This document shows positions 40,418 through 54,409 of a stretch of DNA of 64,000 nt, in pieces (position 1 is the first letter of the stretch; every line of letters starts with the position of its first letter). Origin of the DNA: Epiperipatus broadwayi (taxonomy: Eukaryota > Animalia > Onychophora); contig JAQFVV010000009.1 of NCBI GenBank assembly GCA_028023455.1, positions 2,232,001-2,296,000 on the forward strand. Direction: 5' to 3'. Under the pieces are notes generated by a model. The model was given only the letters and a program-made list of their open reading frames with translations. It made no database searches and was not told where the DNA came from. The position numbers and the translations under genes were made by a program.

Positions 40418-41880
40418 TATAACCGGACCCGCACACAACCCTTTTATTACTTCAGTTGTAACAATTTCCTGATGAGCATGTTGCAGGAAGAAACCATCGA
40501 TTGGCATTTCCCAATGCAGATGTTAACTCCCCCTCCCTACAACAATATTTCCTGCTCATCAGAGGATGTAGCACATAGAGACTGGAAGCATGACATTTCT
40601 ATGTTTGGTTATCCAAATGGCACAACTAGAGTTCCATCTCACTACAACCTGACTTATCTAGGTCTAGTTATGCCAGACATAGCTCAGGAGGCATGAGATT
40701 CTCATGAACAAGTGCACTGGATGATGAGTGATGCAATAACAAATAAAAATAGAATTGAACAACTGGACAACTAAAATTAATTTTAAGTAACAATAATTTT
40801 ATTTAATAACAGGTTTAAATAAATGTCCATCAAACAAAGTATTTCACTGACAGTCTCCCGTATCTTTCAGCCTACTTCCAATAACATTTTAGATGACTTA
40901 GAAAAGGTAATCTGTTGAGAGTATAAAGACCTCTCAACAGTTCTTTAATAGTTTTTATCTTTAATCATTTAGTTACTTCACAGAGAGGAGTGTGATATAT
41001 TGAGACAACAGAGAGAATAACGAAGACAACTGATAGCATCTAATGCAGAGTTCCACTTAATTTAATAAATATTTTAATTACAGTCCATTGTGTATCTTGG
41101 TGTACATCCAGTAGTAGGGCAATATGAATTAAAGAATGCAAGTTCTTTAACAATTTACATTTTATGTCTAATTCAGAGTTCCAGTTAACTTTAAATTATT
41201 TTATTTGCAGTCCATTGTGTATCTTGTTATACATTCAATAATAGTACAATAGGAATTAAAGAATGCAAGTTCTTTAATAATTTACATTTTTAATTATTTA
41301 ATTAATTCACAAAGAGGAATGCAATATATAAAGATAACTGATAGCATTTATAATTTGAAATATGGATGTATATTCATACATATAAATTTTATTATTTTAT
41401 TTAGAACTCATTAATCTGAAGTTAAGCATTTATGATTTACATATAATTCTGCTAGCATAAATATTGACTTGGTCTGCTGCAGACAGATATTTTTATACAT
41501 AAATTCACCAGCAGTTTCATTTATAATTTATCAATAATAAATGTATTTTCATGTAGCTATATTTATTTATAATTTTAGTTTCATTTATAATAAATATTTT
41601 CATATAGCTACTTTTATTCATAATTTTAGTTTCTTTTCTAAGAAAGATGTTTTGTTTGTCTTTTATAAACACATAAATATTACATATTTTATAAAATCAT
41701 TACCTTCATTTTTATCCAGTTGTTTCCTTCATATCCATGATGTGACCACATTTAAAAGGGGGCATTGATTTCAGTTGAATGGCATAGTTTACTTTGTATG
41801 ATGTTTATCCAGGCAAATGTTGGAGGACCATAGCTTGAGATGAAGAGATGAAGCTGTTGGTTTAGCCTTCCATCGTTACA
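40418..41880 (-). mobile_element. 5' LTR (~1.46 kb) of the gag-bearing gypsy element
   Basis: Minus strand begins TGTAACG and ends GGTTATA; AATAAA near the 3' end; internal ~130-bp tandem duplication (~41045-41295) and ~45-bp duplication (~41535-41632). Confidence 0.7.
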
Positions 41881-43299
41881 ATTTCCTTAATAATGTTTTC
41901 CTTTTTCATTATTAACAGTGGTACTTTAACTGCTCTTAATATCTTTTTAAAATTAAAATCTTTTTTCAAAATTCTTCTTTAACATCTACTTGAAAAATAT
42001 CTCTTTGAAAAAAAATAACTCTTTGAAAAACTTTCTTTAGAATCTCCTAAAAATCTCTTTGAAAAAACTTTTTAAAAATCTGCTCTGAACTTGCAACTTG
42101 ACTATATATATTCTGATTCTTGGATTGATTAAGCAGCCTATCCCACTGTACCTGGTTTGCTATTTTCTTAAGGATTGGACAATCCACTTTTAGCAGGATA
42201 GATAACAGATTATAAGTATTAGTTCATGTTTTCCAATTTATTAAGACTGCCTCAAGCTATTATCACACTTTATTTGAAAACATCATTCCAAAAATTAAAA
42301 ATGTAATATTTTTAATAAATGCCCGCTTTTATTTACATCATAATTTAAAACTATAAAATCAATAATGATTTTCTTTTAACTATAAACTTTTTGCTTTATT
42401 TCTTTTTTAATTTGATCAAATCATGCTAGTCTTTTTTAAATGGGGGGGATCTTTTGAATATATATACACGTGGAACAGTATATCTGTTTCAATATATATA
42501 TATATTAATAATTTTTACTAGATGTAATTGTTTAAACACTTTAATATGTGGAAATATCTGTTACATTTTTACATTAGAAAATATTGAATGCAGGAAACAT
42601 TTACAGTTTACTATTTTTATTGATTACTATCTATTAACATCTGATAATAATTTTTTTAATATGAAAATATAAAGATATTTCCATTTATCAAAATATTTAA
42701 ATATATATTAGGAAACATTGCCCTGCTCATTTATTTTATATATCCAATTCATCCATAATATTTTGCTATAGTGGATTTTATAGTTTTAATGATTTGAAAA
42801 ACAATTGGTCTTATGGTCCTGCTATCATATTGAAGTACATCCTTAAATGAATTTTTTCTCATGTTTTTGAGTTATGTGCATAAGAGGTGCAACTCATTTC
42901 CATGCAATAAATTAAATAAAAGAGCAGCTCTATACACATAGTTATTTCACTTTTTTAAAATAGCCTATTTTTTAATTTGTTAAAAACAGTGATAAAGCAG
43001 ATTGAAGTCTGTCCTGCAACTTGACTTCCAAATCCACTTTTCTACTTACTTGAATAAATTGTTTAACTTTTTAAATTGAGCATTACATATTTATGAAATA
43101 TTTGATTAGTACTTCTATGTGATCTAGCTTAGTCTGAAGATTATTAAGTAAACTTAGAGTTGTTTCAAGTATCTCCTATATAGACAAACATACTGACCAG
43201 TCAATTGATCAGTAAATATTTGGATATACTCCTAGTTAGAGAGTGAAACAAGGAAAAAAGCTAATCAATTGGCAGTCAACTCATTTGTTGAATATTGTT

Positions 43300-44110
43300 T
43301 TTTTCTTTACTGCTCCCCTGGAGAGAAATACTGGAATATCGTTTGTCTGCAATAGGCTTTCTGAGTTTGCTAGCTTTTACTACTCAATTTAAAAGTGAGA
43401 AACATTGTGATCTTTCTTTTCAAATGCCTGATAGTTTTTAACTGAAAACACCTGTAGGATTTTTTTCAAGACCTGGGTAAATGAATATAATAAATACTCA
43501 ATATTTACAATTATGATGGACAAAATACCAGCCAAGACATCAACCAGTGATCAAATGCAGAGTTTATTAAGTGTATGTGGATTACACATTTTAAGCTGCA
43601 ATTTGATGATAACCTTTTATTTACCCATCTACATCTCTATATCACAATTAGATAAAGAAAAATTGTATAATTTGGAATAACCATCTAAAAAATAGTGGGA
43701 TATTGGCATGTTTTATTCATTAAGAAGAAAAGATAAATAGACAATTAATTGAAAAATTGGATATTTTCTTTAGTATAATGAAATAGATATTGGAAGCTCA
43801 ATTGGGATGAGATTCATTATAAATAATACCATTATATCAGACAGAACACTGTAATTAGTAAACAGATTAATAAGTTATAAAGTAATCAAATGGTTTTATT
43901 GTTTAAGACTTCATAAGATTGAGTGCTATAAATGACAGAGTTGAGATGTGATCTATGAATTAGAACTCTATAGCCTGTCTCTGCCACTGAACCAAACTAT
44001 AAAAGCATTCAATTTAAAAAAAAGAGTCTGCAACTCTATCATTACACACAGCCAATCATCATTAATTAGTGAATTGAGAGAGACAAAAACCATTAAAGAC
44101 AATATACTGC
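43300..44110 (+). mobile_element. Decayed RTE-type LINE 5' end
   Basis: atagtttttaactgaaa 5'UTR motif (43431-43447) followed by degenerate endonuclease-like sequence. Confidence 0.5.
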
Positions 44111-47100
44111 AGTAAATCTAAATTAGAACTTGCACATTATTTTAAAATATGGCATATTTTGATAATGGTTTAAACTTGAACAAATTTTATAAAAAATAAT
44201 TCATAATTAAGATTTGTTAAACATGTAAGCATTAAAAAAATAGCAATTCAGTGGTAAATTTTCAACTGAGGAAAGAAAATATATGAAGAAAAGAAAATGA
44301 AAGTTTAAAAATGATCCATTTAGAGGGATTGAATATATGTAATTTTGTAAAAGGGTATGAAAAAAGTTAGTAATGGCATAAGTAAATATACAGATGAGAA
44401 TAAAAGTTTCCAAAATATAATACATTTTGGTTATTGCACTAATAATCTGGACTTTCTTTAAATATAATTAATTGGTATAGCTTTCATAAAGTTGTACATA
44501 AAATAGATATGGATGAAGCTGATTGAGATTAAAAATGAATTATATTTCCCAATCATCTCCACAAAATCAACACTAGGGATTCAAAATAGGCTTTATCACT
44601 CAGAAGTAATTTGAATCAAAAAGACATGCATTTGTAATCTTTATTAGGGCATCATCTTTTCATATGTGAAAAGATAAAAATGTTGAATTGACCAATTTCA
44701 ACTACACTTGCACACATCTGATAACATTTGACATTTTCTCAGTGGTTAAGCATTCTCTCTAATTTAACCTTTTTTTTCTTATAAACACAGGCCTGACAAG
44801 TGCTACTATGAAACATTTGAAATGAAATATGATATAAAATGGTATTGACAACTTGAATTTTATAAACTAATAACCATTTATTTACAAAATACAATTAACT
44901 CAAACAGAAAGTAAAATAATTATTTTAAAATAAATTTATACAATGAAGCGTATATAAAAAAAATTAACTAAATAAAAGTAACTTAATTACTAATATAAAA
45001 GAAATAAATTAAAATATAGTAAATGGAGTATACTGACTTATTAAAGACTTTTCTATTTTCTTTTGTTAAAGTTTTTAAAAGATACAGCAGCACTTACATA
45101 GTCCTCCTGAGAGGATTACATAATTATGGTGGCTGGTGCATGTTTAAATTAATCAGCAATGCATTTTGTGTAGCGGTATTAAATAATCCAGACATTAAGA
45201 ATTTCTATTTCTGGTAATGGTAATTTATATTTAATAAATCATTTCTTTCCAGCACAGTCGTGTGTATCTCAATGACAGTTATACTTCACAAAGCAAAAAG
45301 TTTCTCATGAATTTAATATTGTCTCCATGGACCATCCCCCCCTGCTTTTTTCAATAATTAGAGCTAGATTGGTTCTTTTTTTTAATGTTACCCAGTCCAA
45401 CCCTAAATAATATGTCCTTTTAATCTTTTAAAGAATTTTTCTACATTTTTTTTAAAAAAATATTTCTGCTTTTCATTAAAAATGCATAATAGTTTACTGA
45501 TTTTCTTTTTTTTTCCTCTTATCTTACCATCACATATTGTAGATTTATTTATTTTTATTCTACAAATGTAATCAATTTATTCCCTTTTTAAAATAAAATA
45601 GTTATATATATATCACTCTCTTTTATTTCTATTAAAACACCATTATCTGGATCAAATTCATTTGTTGCATTTATTTTAATAAAGATTTATAAATTTGAAT
45701 TGTTTTTATTTATTTAGTTTGTCCTTACCTATGCACACACATATATGCAAATTAAAAAAAAAATACTATTGACTCATTGCATTTCCCTTTAAACAATTAT
45801 TATTAGAAATTTTGAAACAATTTTGAATAATCCATTATAGTGTATGTACTGATGGCTGATGACATTTATAAGCTTTTATTTTCAGAACTACAGTATTGGA
45901 AGAAAAGTTGTTTCAGTGATATAAAAAAACTGCACTATTATTAAAAAGAGAAATTACATGAAATAGCAATAAAAAACGAGAAAACAATATATAGAATTAT
46001 TATTATTATTTTTTTGAACTTTAATAGAAGATTCAATGCAGAGATTATGAAGTATAAAGCGATTATATTAGAAGTAACAAGGAGGAATCTAAAACAATAT
46101 ACATGAGTGAAAGAATAAATCGATATTAATGAAAGAATTACTAGGTGCTGAATTGGGCATATTGCAAAAAGGCATGACACTAGATAGGCAATTGAAATCT
46201 TTTGGAAAAGAGAGGCTAGAATTAGAGAAATTGTTGGATTAAACATAGATTTTCATTTTGTAGTAGATATTAATAATGATTGAAAATGTTGATGATAATG
46301 TAATGGTAGATAGATAGACTGAATAACTGACAGGTAACTAAATGTGTTAGTGAATCTACAGATAGATAAATATTCATATATGTTAGATACCATCTTTAAA
46401 AAATTTTTTAAAATATATATTTTATAGAAAATCAAATATTTTTGGAAACATACTACACATGGGAGAAGGAATTATATTCACAACTGATATAATAGGTTCA
46501 TTATCTTTGAATTGAGTGTTTGAACCTCACATTAGCAGAAGTTAAAGCAGTAATATTCATCAAAATTATTTTGAGCCAAAATGTCCTTGCCAAAACCAAT
46601 AATATGTTTGCATGTTCCTGATGGCCATAAATTAAATATATATGCTTGCTGCATTCTTAGCAATTGACATAACTTTTTAAAATAAATAATATGCTGCTCA
46701 TATATTTTCCAAAATCATCCACTATGCATTCTAAAGATGAGCTGATAAAGACAGATATAGATTAAAAAGTTATGGTAACAAAATATGATTATATAGAATA
46801 TTTTTAAATACAGAATTAATGACAACAGCATATATACATTGAATGTAACAATCTAAGCAGATTATAAAGGTGATGTGACATTATTTTAAATGTATTGCTT
46901 CTATCACTATGATTTTAAAAGAAAGGAAAATAAATGTAAGAAATGTCTTAAGTAGCTAATATCTTAACATTTTGCAAAAAATATTGCAAGAAAATGGAAT
47001 TTTAGTATTTAAAAAAAAGATGAATTTATATATGGTAAGCCTTTCATAATAATAATAACTGTAAATATAGGTAGCAATTTTATCATGATAAATGCATCTA

Positions 47101-47199
47101 CATGTAATATAAATATCTATATAAATATATTGAGCAATTAATATATTAGTAATTATAGACTTATTTGATTTCTGAATTTCTCTTAAATCAGATGACCAA

Positions 47200-47720
47200 A
47201 AAGCAACTTTGTACTATTACTTTAACCAATCACATCAGTTGGATATAATTTGAGCTGACACTGTTTTGTCAATATGGCACATTAATCAAATGTATCATGC
47301 TATTATTATTACTACCATTAATTACATTAGCCTGATGTTTATGTGTTGTTAATGTTGCCTCAACCAGTCACATTAATCATAGTAGTCACTGTTACCATGG
47401 TCACTTTCTTTAACCAATCATTATTTTTTATCATCTCCAATTGCTTCAATGAGATGCATTAATCAGAATATGTTGCACTTTCCTCAGCCAGATATTGTAG
47501 AATAAGTGCCTTTCATTGTCTCAAACAGTCACATTAATCTAAGTATATTACACAGTCACTCTTTTCTCATCCAGACATATGAGTTAGAGTATTTAGACTT
47601 CAGTTTTTTCTTAATCAGTCACATAATTCAGATTATCAGGCACCATCACAATTTTCTCAATCAAATGCATTAATCAGATCTTCTTGCATTGTTACTGTTG
47701 TCTCATTTAGTCTCAGTCAG
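47200..47720. repeat. Degenerate tandem array with a recurrent CT(C/T)A..CA(G/A)TCACATTAATCA core
   Basis: About 9 diverged units of variable length (~45-65 bp). Confidence 0.55.
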
Positions 47721-48360
47721 ATCCTATCTAAACCTTCATTAATGTCAAATCACATGAAGATTTATCCATCTTATTTTTATGCATATTTTTTTTAGATGAC
47801 TGCTATTATTATATGATTTCTTGAATGTTTTCTATCATAATCAAATGCCTGGATATTGATATAGTACTACAGATAGAACAGACAGTCATTTTTTTTTTTT
47901 TACATTCAGGATATAATCATTTAATGACAATAGATCAGTTACAAGAAAGCAAGTAAAATAGAACAGACTAGAATATCTATAGGATTATTTGATCATGTAA
48001 CACTTTTTTTAAATTTAACATATTATCAATGATAAAGCAATAAAAGAGATGTAAGTTTTGGAGCCTTATAATTTGGCATACATTTTCTTTACTTAAATTA
48101 TATATAGAAGGTAAGGATGGCACATCTTATTTGAAACATTCTAAGATTAGTTCTTTAGCATTAATTATAATCATTGTTAAAGTCAAGCAAATTGTCTATG
48201 AATAACTTTGCTCAAAATGGAGTAGAAAGTTCATCTATCTGATAAGATTCTATCTGTCAATAATATCTTGAAAATCTTTAAGTATGGAATAAATGGATTT
48301 AATAAAAAATGTATCTTATAGCTCTGTTATGAAATCACAGCAATAGTAGTAATTATATTT

Positions 48361-48650
48361 TGGACTATTTCCATTGTCTAATATTAAATATTGAATATCT
48401 TTAGTAAAAATTTATATTTTCCAAATACATTCATCTGTTAGTAAAAGCACACATTAATATATTACACAACGTTTCAAGTGGTGTTATTGTTTTCTCTTTT
48501 TCAGAGATTGCTGGCCTGGACTTTAGATACCTGAAAATTGAATTTAATGTAATACTCTAACCAAATGAGCTATTATGCCCAAAGCAACAATCAGTAGAAA
48601 TGTAATATCCTTCAATAAATGAGTATTCTACAACTTTTTCTGAAATAAAA
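48361..48650 (-). mobile_element. Solo copy of the PLE-A tRNA-head/HHR/tail unit (SINE-like)
   Basis: Leader, TAGCTCATTTGGTTAGAG A box, B box lost by an internal deletion, CTGA...GAAACGTTGTG, and a tail ending in ATGGAAATAGTCCA; no adjacent PLE ORF seen. Confidence 0.75.
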
Positions 48651-48949
48651 ATAAGTCCATCTTTATTAAAACATCAAGTGACTTTATAACAACAACGCAA
48701 TAAAATTTTCAAATATTGATTTAATTGTTGACTGATTATTTCTAAAAAAAAAAAAAAAAAAGACAACAGTTATCATATGCAAAATTAAATATATTCACTA
48801 TTCCAATATAGTTATATTAATTATGGACTCAAATTACAAAAACAAATGTCTAATGTGTGTACAAACCAGCAACAAACTTTAAGATAGGTTTTAACTGTGA
48901 TAAGTACCAACACTTTTTTGCAGCAACTACTTAATTTTCTATAAGAAAA

Positions 48950-50020
48950 TGTACTATATTACACTTCTAAATCAACTTCTTATTTTTCCGGATCCCTCCC
49001 CCAGACTTTACTCGCAACTTTTAAACAAATGAACCATAGATTGATTGCAAGATCCTTCACTAGGCGTTAAAGATATGCTAACTTAATATTATGCTGTCCA
49101 AAGTTTTATCTGTGGTGTAAAGGTAACTAGACTATTCACTTGTTTCCATGAATCACTTAACCTTCTATATCATAAACTATTTCTTGGAATCATTAATTAT
49201 CTTTATAATAAATCTTTCAAGAGCAATTCTTTACTTCAGTCTTATCCTTACCTAGTCCCCCATTTGTTCTTTACATTAATGGCTATCCTTTCAATCTTGT
49301 TTCCAGAATATACATCCTTCTGAGTTAAATAAAATAGCTTTTATTATTTATTAAATGAGCAATTAATAATTATTTGAAAAGCCAATATATTTGTTATCAC
49401 ACTTGAATGCCTATTTGAATTTCTCAAATACTTTCAGTTTTCATTGACAAATTTTTGGCTTAGCAATTTTTTTTCTCTCTACAATGTTTGGCCTACATAC
49501 AATTTTATAGGTTAATACTATTATGATGAGATTCTAGGCAACTGAAATGTAATTCTCCAAAAAAATTATTATGTTCTCTTTTTTGTTAATAAAATTTTCT
49601 TAAATTCATACTTCAAGGTTAAGTTTTTATATGTAATATATTCTCTTTTTTTTTAAATAATTTTTATTACTTATATAACAATTCTATTTTAAACCATCCT
49701 TTTTTTTTTTTTTTTACTATTATCATCCTCTGAGAGCTGCTTTTTTTAAAATAACTTTTTGTCCTTCTTCCTCATAACAATAGACATCGCATAAATAAAC
49801 TCTTTCTTTTTCTCAAATCTTCATTACCTTAGCAGATATCAGCACAAATAAACTCTTCTTAAATTGTTTTGTTAATAATTACTTCATTTTAATGATATAC
49901 TGAAGCACTTTATTTTTTTTTAATTTAATTATCTTTTTAAAAATAATTTCATAGCATTATTTAAAAATATTTTCATTAAGTTTTCATAAATTCTCTGTGA
50001 CAATTTAAATTTCTGAAAAT
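48950..50020 (-). mobile_element. Highly decayed LINE (RTE-like) RT fragment
   Basis: Degenerate NY...TYKIVC...GIQV segment resembling NYRGISLL..YKI...QxGFR. Confidence 0.3.
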
Positions 50021-50029
50021 ATACTATTT

Positions 50030-52358
50030 GTATTTTCCGTGCATAAGTTTAGTTCACATTACATAAGTGAAACTAAATGGAGCTATAGTGCGACCACTAA
50101 CAAAAGTACCTTGACCTAGAATAGCTTGTGCATCTCCCTTCAAACCCAATACACAAGAAGCATGTGCAGATGACAGTTTAAGGTGAAGCCTCTTTTATTT
50201 GTGGTCACATTGATCAGTAACACAGTTAGATTTGTGAGAATAAGCATTTGTCTACAGCTTCAAACAAAATATTATGAAATATTGTGAGCCCATGTCTCAA
50301 AAAAAAGAAATATGCTTGTGGCTATTTACCAGAGTATCCAAAGATGGGTTTCATAGAATCTGTTGTAAATAAACAACACTCAGTGTGTTTATTGTGTCAC
50401 AAAGCATTATCCAATGAGACAATGAAGCCAAGTTAGTTGTGATAACATCTTGCTACAAAGCATCCAAATGATAAGGATAAGCCCACTGAATATTTTCAGG
50501 AAATATATAAAAAATTTCAAAATCATTCAACAATCATTGCATCATTTAAAAAACAACATGCAGCAAATGAAGATGGATTAATTCCCTCATTACATTTCAC
50601 AATTGCAAAAAGTGGTAAAAGCTATAATATTGGATAAACTGTAATAATACCCTTTATAAAAGAATTTATCTCAATAGTAATACATCAAGATATACCTGAA
50701 ATTTTTAAAATGTTACCCCTAAGCGATAGCACAGTAAAGTGACGAATTGAAGAAATAGCAGTTAATGTTGAAAAAAAACTTATAAGTATTCTTCAAAACT
50801 TTTCATTTTCCATGCAATTGGATGAATCTACCATTGAAAATAATAATGCTTTATTGATGGTATATGTATATTATTTTGATGAAAACAATACATTACGAGA
50901 AGAAATGCTATTCACAATAAATCTCATTACAGATACAAAAGGATTATCTATATTTAATATTGTCAAATCATTTACAAAAAATAATATTTCTTTGAATAAT
51001 ATTATTGTATGCATTACTGATGGAGCATCATCAATGATTAGCTGCTATTATGGATTTGTTGCTTATTTGAAGGAAGAAGTGCCAAATGTTTTATGTATTC
51101 ATTGTGTGATGCACAAACAACATCTTGTAGGAAAACATCTAAGTACAAGTATCCATTTATCATTAACTTTAATAATTCGAGCCGTAAACAAGATCAAATC
51201 AAAAAATGATAGAATGTTTCGACAGCTTTACCAGGACAATAATGAAGATTTTAATTCATTACTTTTGCACACAGAAGTTTGGTGGCTGTCAAAGGGCACA
51301 TCTTTGGCTCATTTTGTAGCATTATATGATAGTCTCATACAATTTTTTGAAAGTAATTATGAGACCAATCTGTGTCAACAGTTAAAAACAGTAAAGAATG
51401 ATGCCTTTTATTTGGCAGATATTTTCAAGAGATTTAATAATGTCAATTTGAAATTTCAAGGAGCTAATAAAACTCTTATAGGTTGCCAAAGTATTGTGTC
51501 ATTATTTATTGACAAACTTGAACTACTTCATTATAATCTATTGAAGAGAGAATTTCATCAGTTTCCTGAATTATCATCTATAAAAGATTATGTAACTCCA
51601 GAGAATATTGACAGATTCAGTAGCCACCTTAACAAACTTAAATTGGACATGGAAAAATGATTTGATATGTCTGGATAAAAAATCCTTTTACTGCAAATAT
51701 TGAAGAGGCTGCTACATCTTGCCAAGATGAACTGTTAGAAATTAGATATGATGAAGAAAGTAAATATAAATTCGATAGTGATGGATATAAAAGCCTATGG
51801 CAAAATTAAATAAGGACTGTCTTATATCCAAATATGTGGAAATGATTTTCAATTTATCAATATCTTTCCCTACCTCATATTTTGTGGAATCAGGCTTTAA
51901 TGTTGTTAATCATATTATGACCAAAGAAAGAAACCATCTGAATATTTCCGAAAGAGGTGACCTTCATTTGTTCCTTACAAAAATTGAGCCAGATATCCAG
52001 TATTTAGTTTTGCAACATCAGCCTCAGGGATCTCATTCATAATTTAATTAATTAAATGTAATTTCATAAGACTTCATGCTTCTATGTATACAAAGTATAA
52101 AAAAAAAAGCTAGATTTAACTACAGTAAGTTGTTTTATTCTGCCAAACTTAATGAAAGTCCAATATAAAGTATTTGGTAATTAATTATTATTATATGCTT
52201 TAGCTTGCTGTAACTCTGCTTTATAAATTTTATAAAATAAAGTTACTTCCCTATTTTATAAATCATCATTACTGCGGAACCGGTGGGCGGTTAGAAAATT
52301 TCACTACTAACAGAGATACAAAAGTGGATGATGGGTATAAAAAGATTAACTACCCCTG
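50030..52358 (+). mobile_element. Buster/Charlie-type hAT transposon relic, left end missing
   Basis: Right TIR ...aactacccctg ends at 52358, followed by atgTAgac (nnnTAnnn target pattern); no left TIR or TSD found. Confidence 0.9.
50292..52042 (+). pseudogene. hAT transposase pseudogene (ZBED5/SCAND3/Buster-like)
   Basis: BED-like CLLCHKALSNETMKPS..HL.TKHP; QLDES; TDGASSM; HCVMH; HTEVWWLSKG (RW motif mutated); FPTSYFVESGF; several stops. Confidence 0.92.
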
Positions 52359-53409
52359 ATGTAGACACTCTTATTATAAATTTTTATCTTACTTGTCTTT
52401 TGAAATATGTATATAGAGAGATATTTGTTACTTCAAGCTTATAAATTTCTATTAATTAATTTTTTAACATTCAGCTCTATAATGATAATGGCTTCTATCA
52501 TTTATTTTTTGTATATGTCATTCCTTCTTTATAAAGACTAATATCCTAAACTAACGTTGATTAAACTTAAACGATATTCAAAATTCGAATTTTAAGATCA
52601 AATTTTTTTATCTAGCTCTTCAAGAAAGCAAATTTCTCAATTACATATACTACTGTTTATTGATTAAAGTAATAAACAAATATTTTATGTGAAAGCTCTC
52701 ATCTGTTAAATATAAAAGTAAACTTTTGTTCTCTTTAATGGTTTTAGATTAATTCAAGCTATTCTTCATTTTTATCCAGGATAGAAAATTTTTGGTTTCT
52801 TTTTTAACTTAACAATTTTAAATATTTCCAATCTTGACAAACAGTTCTTAATTAAATGGGCCGGTATCTAATCATATCTTAAATGTTTATACTGCATACT
52901 AATATTAAGCATATAATTTGGCTATATATATATATTTCTTGATCATATTTTCTTCACTCAAAGCATGTACAAGCTAAAGCAAAGAATGACACATTTTAAT
53001 AATTCGGTTATATTGTTTTTCAAAGTTTGTCTTTCTTGAGATACATCAAAGATTCTATAAATAAAACTTGAAAGAGGCAAGAAAATTCTAAAATCGCCTT
53101 TAATTGAAATTTTTGTTTCATTTGTTGCTACTAGTAATAGGAGATTTAGAAACTTACTTTTGTTTATAAAATTTATTTTATAATACAGATCCAGTCAGTA
53201 GATATTTTCTACGCTTCTGCTGGAAACGGCACAGAAAGACTAAAAGGTTATTAATTATATACTATTAGTATCTTATCGTCCTCAAATAGATTTTTTTTTT
53301 TACTCTTAGATATATTTTATATTTAACTGTTTTTTTTTTCTTGATTGATTACATTAGAATGACCAAATTTCATTTCTTATTAATTGCTAAGCTAAGATCT
53401 GCCTTTAAA

Positions 53410-53625
53410 TGTGATATGTTGGACTATTTCCATCATCTATGAGTTAATGTTGAATGTATTGAAAATTTTAAACTTTATTTAAACTTTCCAAATACAAACA
53501 ACTTGTTAGTAATAACACATAAATAGACAACTCAGGTTAGTACATTCAACATATTTTCATAGATGATGGAAATAGTCCAACATATAACATCTAATAATAT
53601 ACCATCATTACAAACCTTCAGACAA
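53410..53625. mobile_element. Inverted pair of PLE-A tail fragments
   Basis: tgttggactatttccatcatctatga / tcatagatgatggaaatagtccaaca; same tail as 27550-27660 and 30590-30665. Confidence 0.65.
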
Positions 53626-54409
53626 ATACTAAGATCTGCATTATTTCATAAACATATGTCTGCTTTTCCTCCATTACCACCCACACCTCAATTCTCTTAA
53701 GGCATTAAGGCATAATCATTTTTCAGGTGACTCAAATTAGTATTTATCTATAAAATATAAATCACTTATCTACATTTATTTCGCTCTTTTCCTTATTTTG
53801 TTTTTGCTTGCATTCATCCTATGAAAAAATTAGAGTAGAATGATTGTAAAACCGAATTAAATTAGTTTAAATTTATTTCTGATTGTTTTAAAAGTGCCCT
53901 ATAGTTGTTAATTAAAATTTATTAGTTAACTTTTTAAATCGATATCAGAGTCAGCAATAATTTCTTATGTGCTACTCTACTATTCTAAATCTGTTTTCAC
54001 TCAAAAACTAGACTAAATTAAAGAGTACTATACGAATAAATTTATAAAAAGATGACATCGATTATCTTTTCTTACCACCTAAACATTAACATCAATTGCT
54101 ATTGTAAAATGTTTAGACCTATATAATAATTTTTCATTGAATAGAAACTTGGATCTAAAAAGATAAACATTATTAGTAATTGTTTTAATCATAGGTCAAA
54201 TTTATTTGTGAATATATATATATATGTATGTGTGTGTGTGTGTGTTTGACAAAAGGTTATGAATACTTGTGATATTTTTATTAACATAGTGTAGAAATAC
54301 CACTTGCAATAATAATTGTTTATTGCTGAAATGATATAATATTTGATAGTAATGTTTTTCAGATAAAAAACTCACTTTATTTAAGGAATGTTAATATAGA
54401 ATATCACTG

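Noticed and set aside
40470-40505. CTGATGA...GAAAC hammerhead-like motif in the LTR
   Set aside because: Five extra nucleotides between stem II and GAAA, and no stems I or III.
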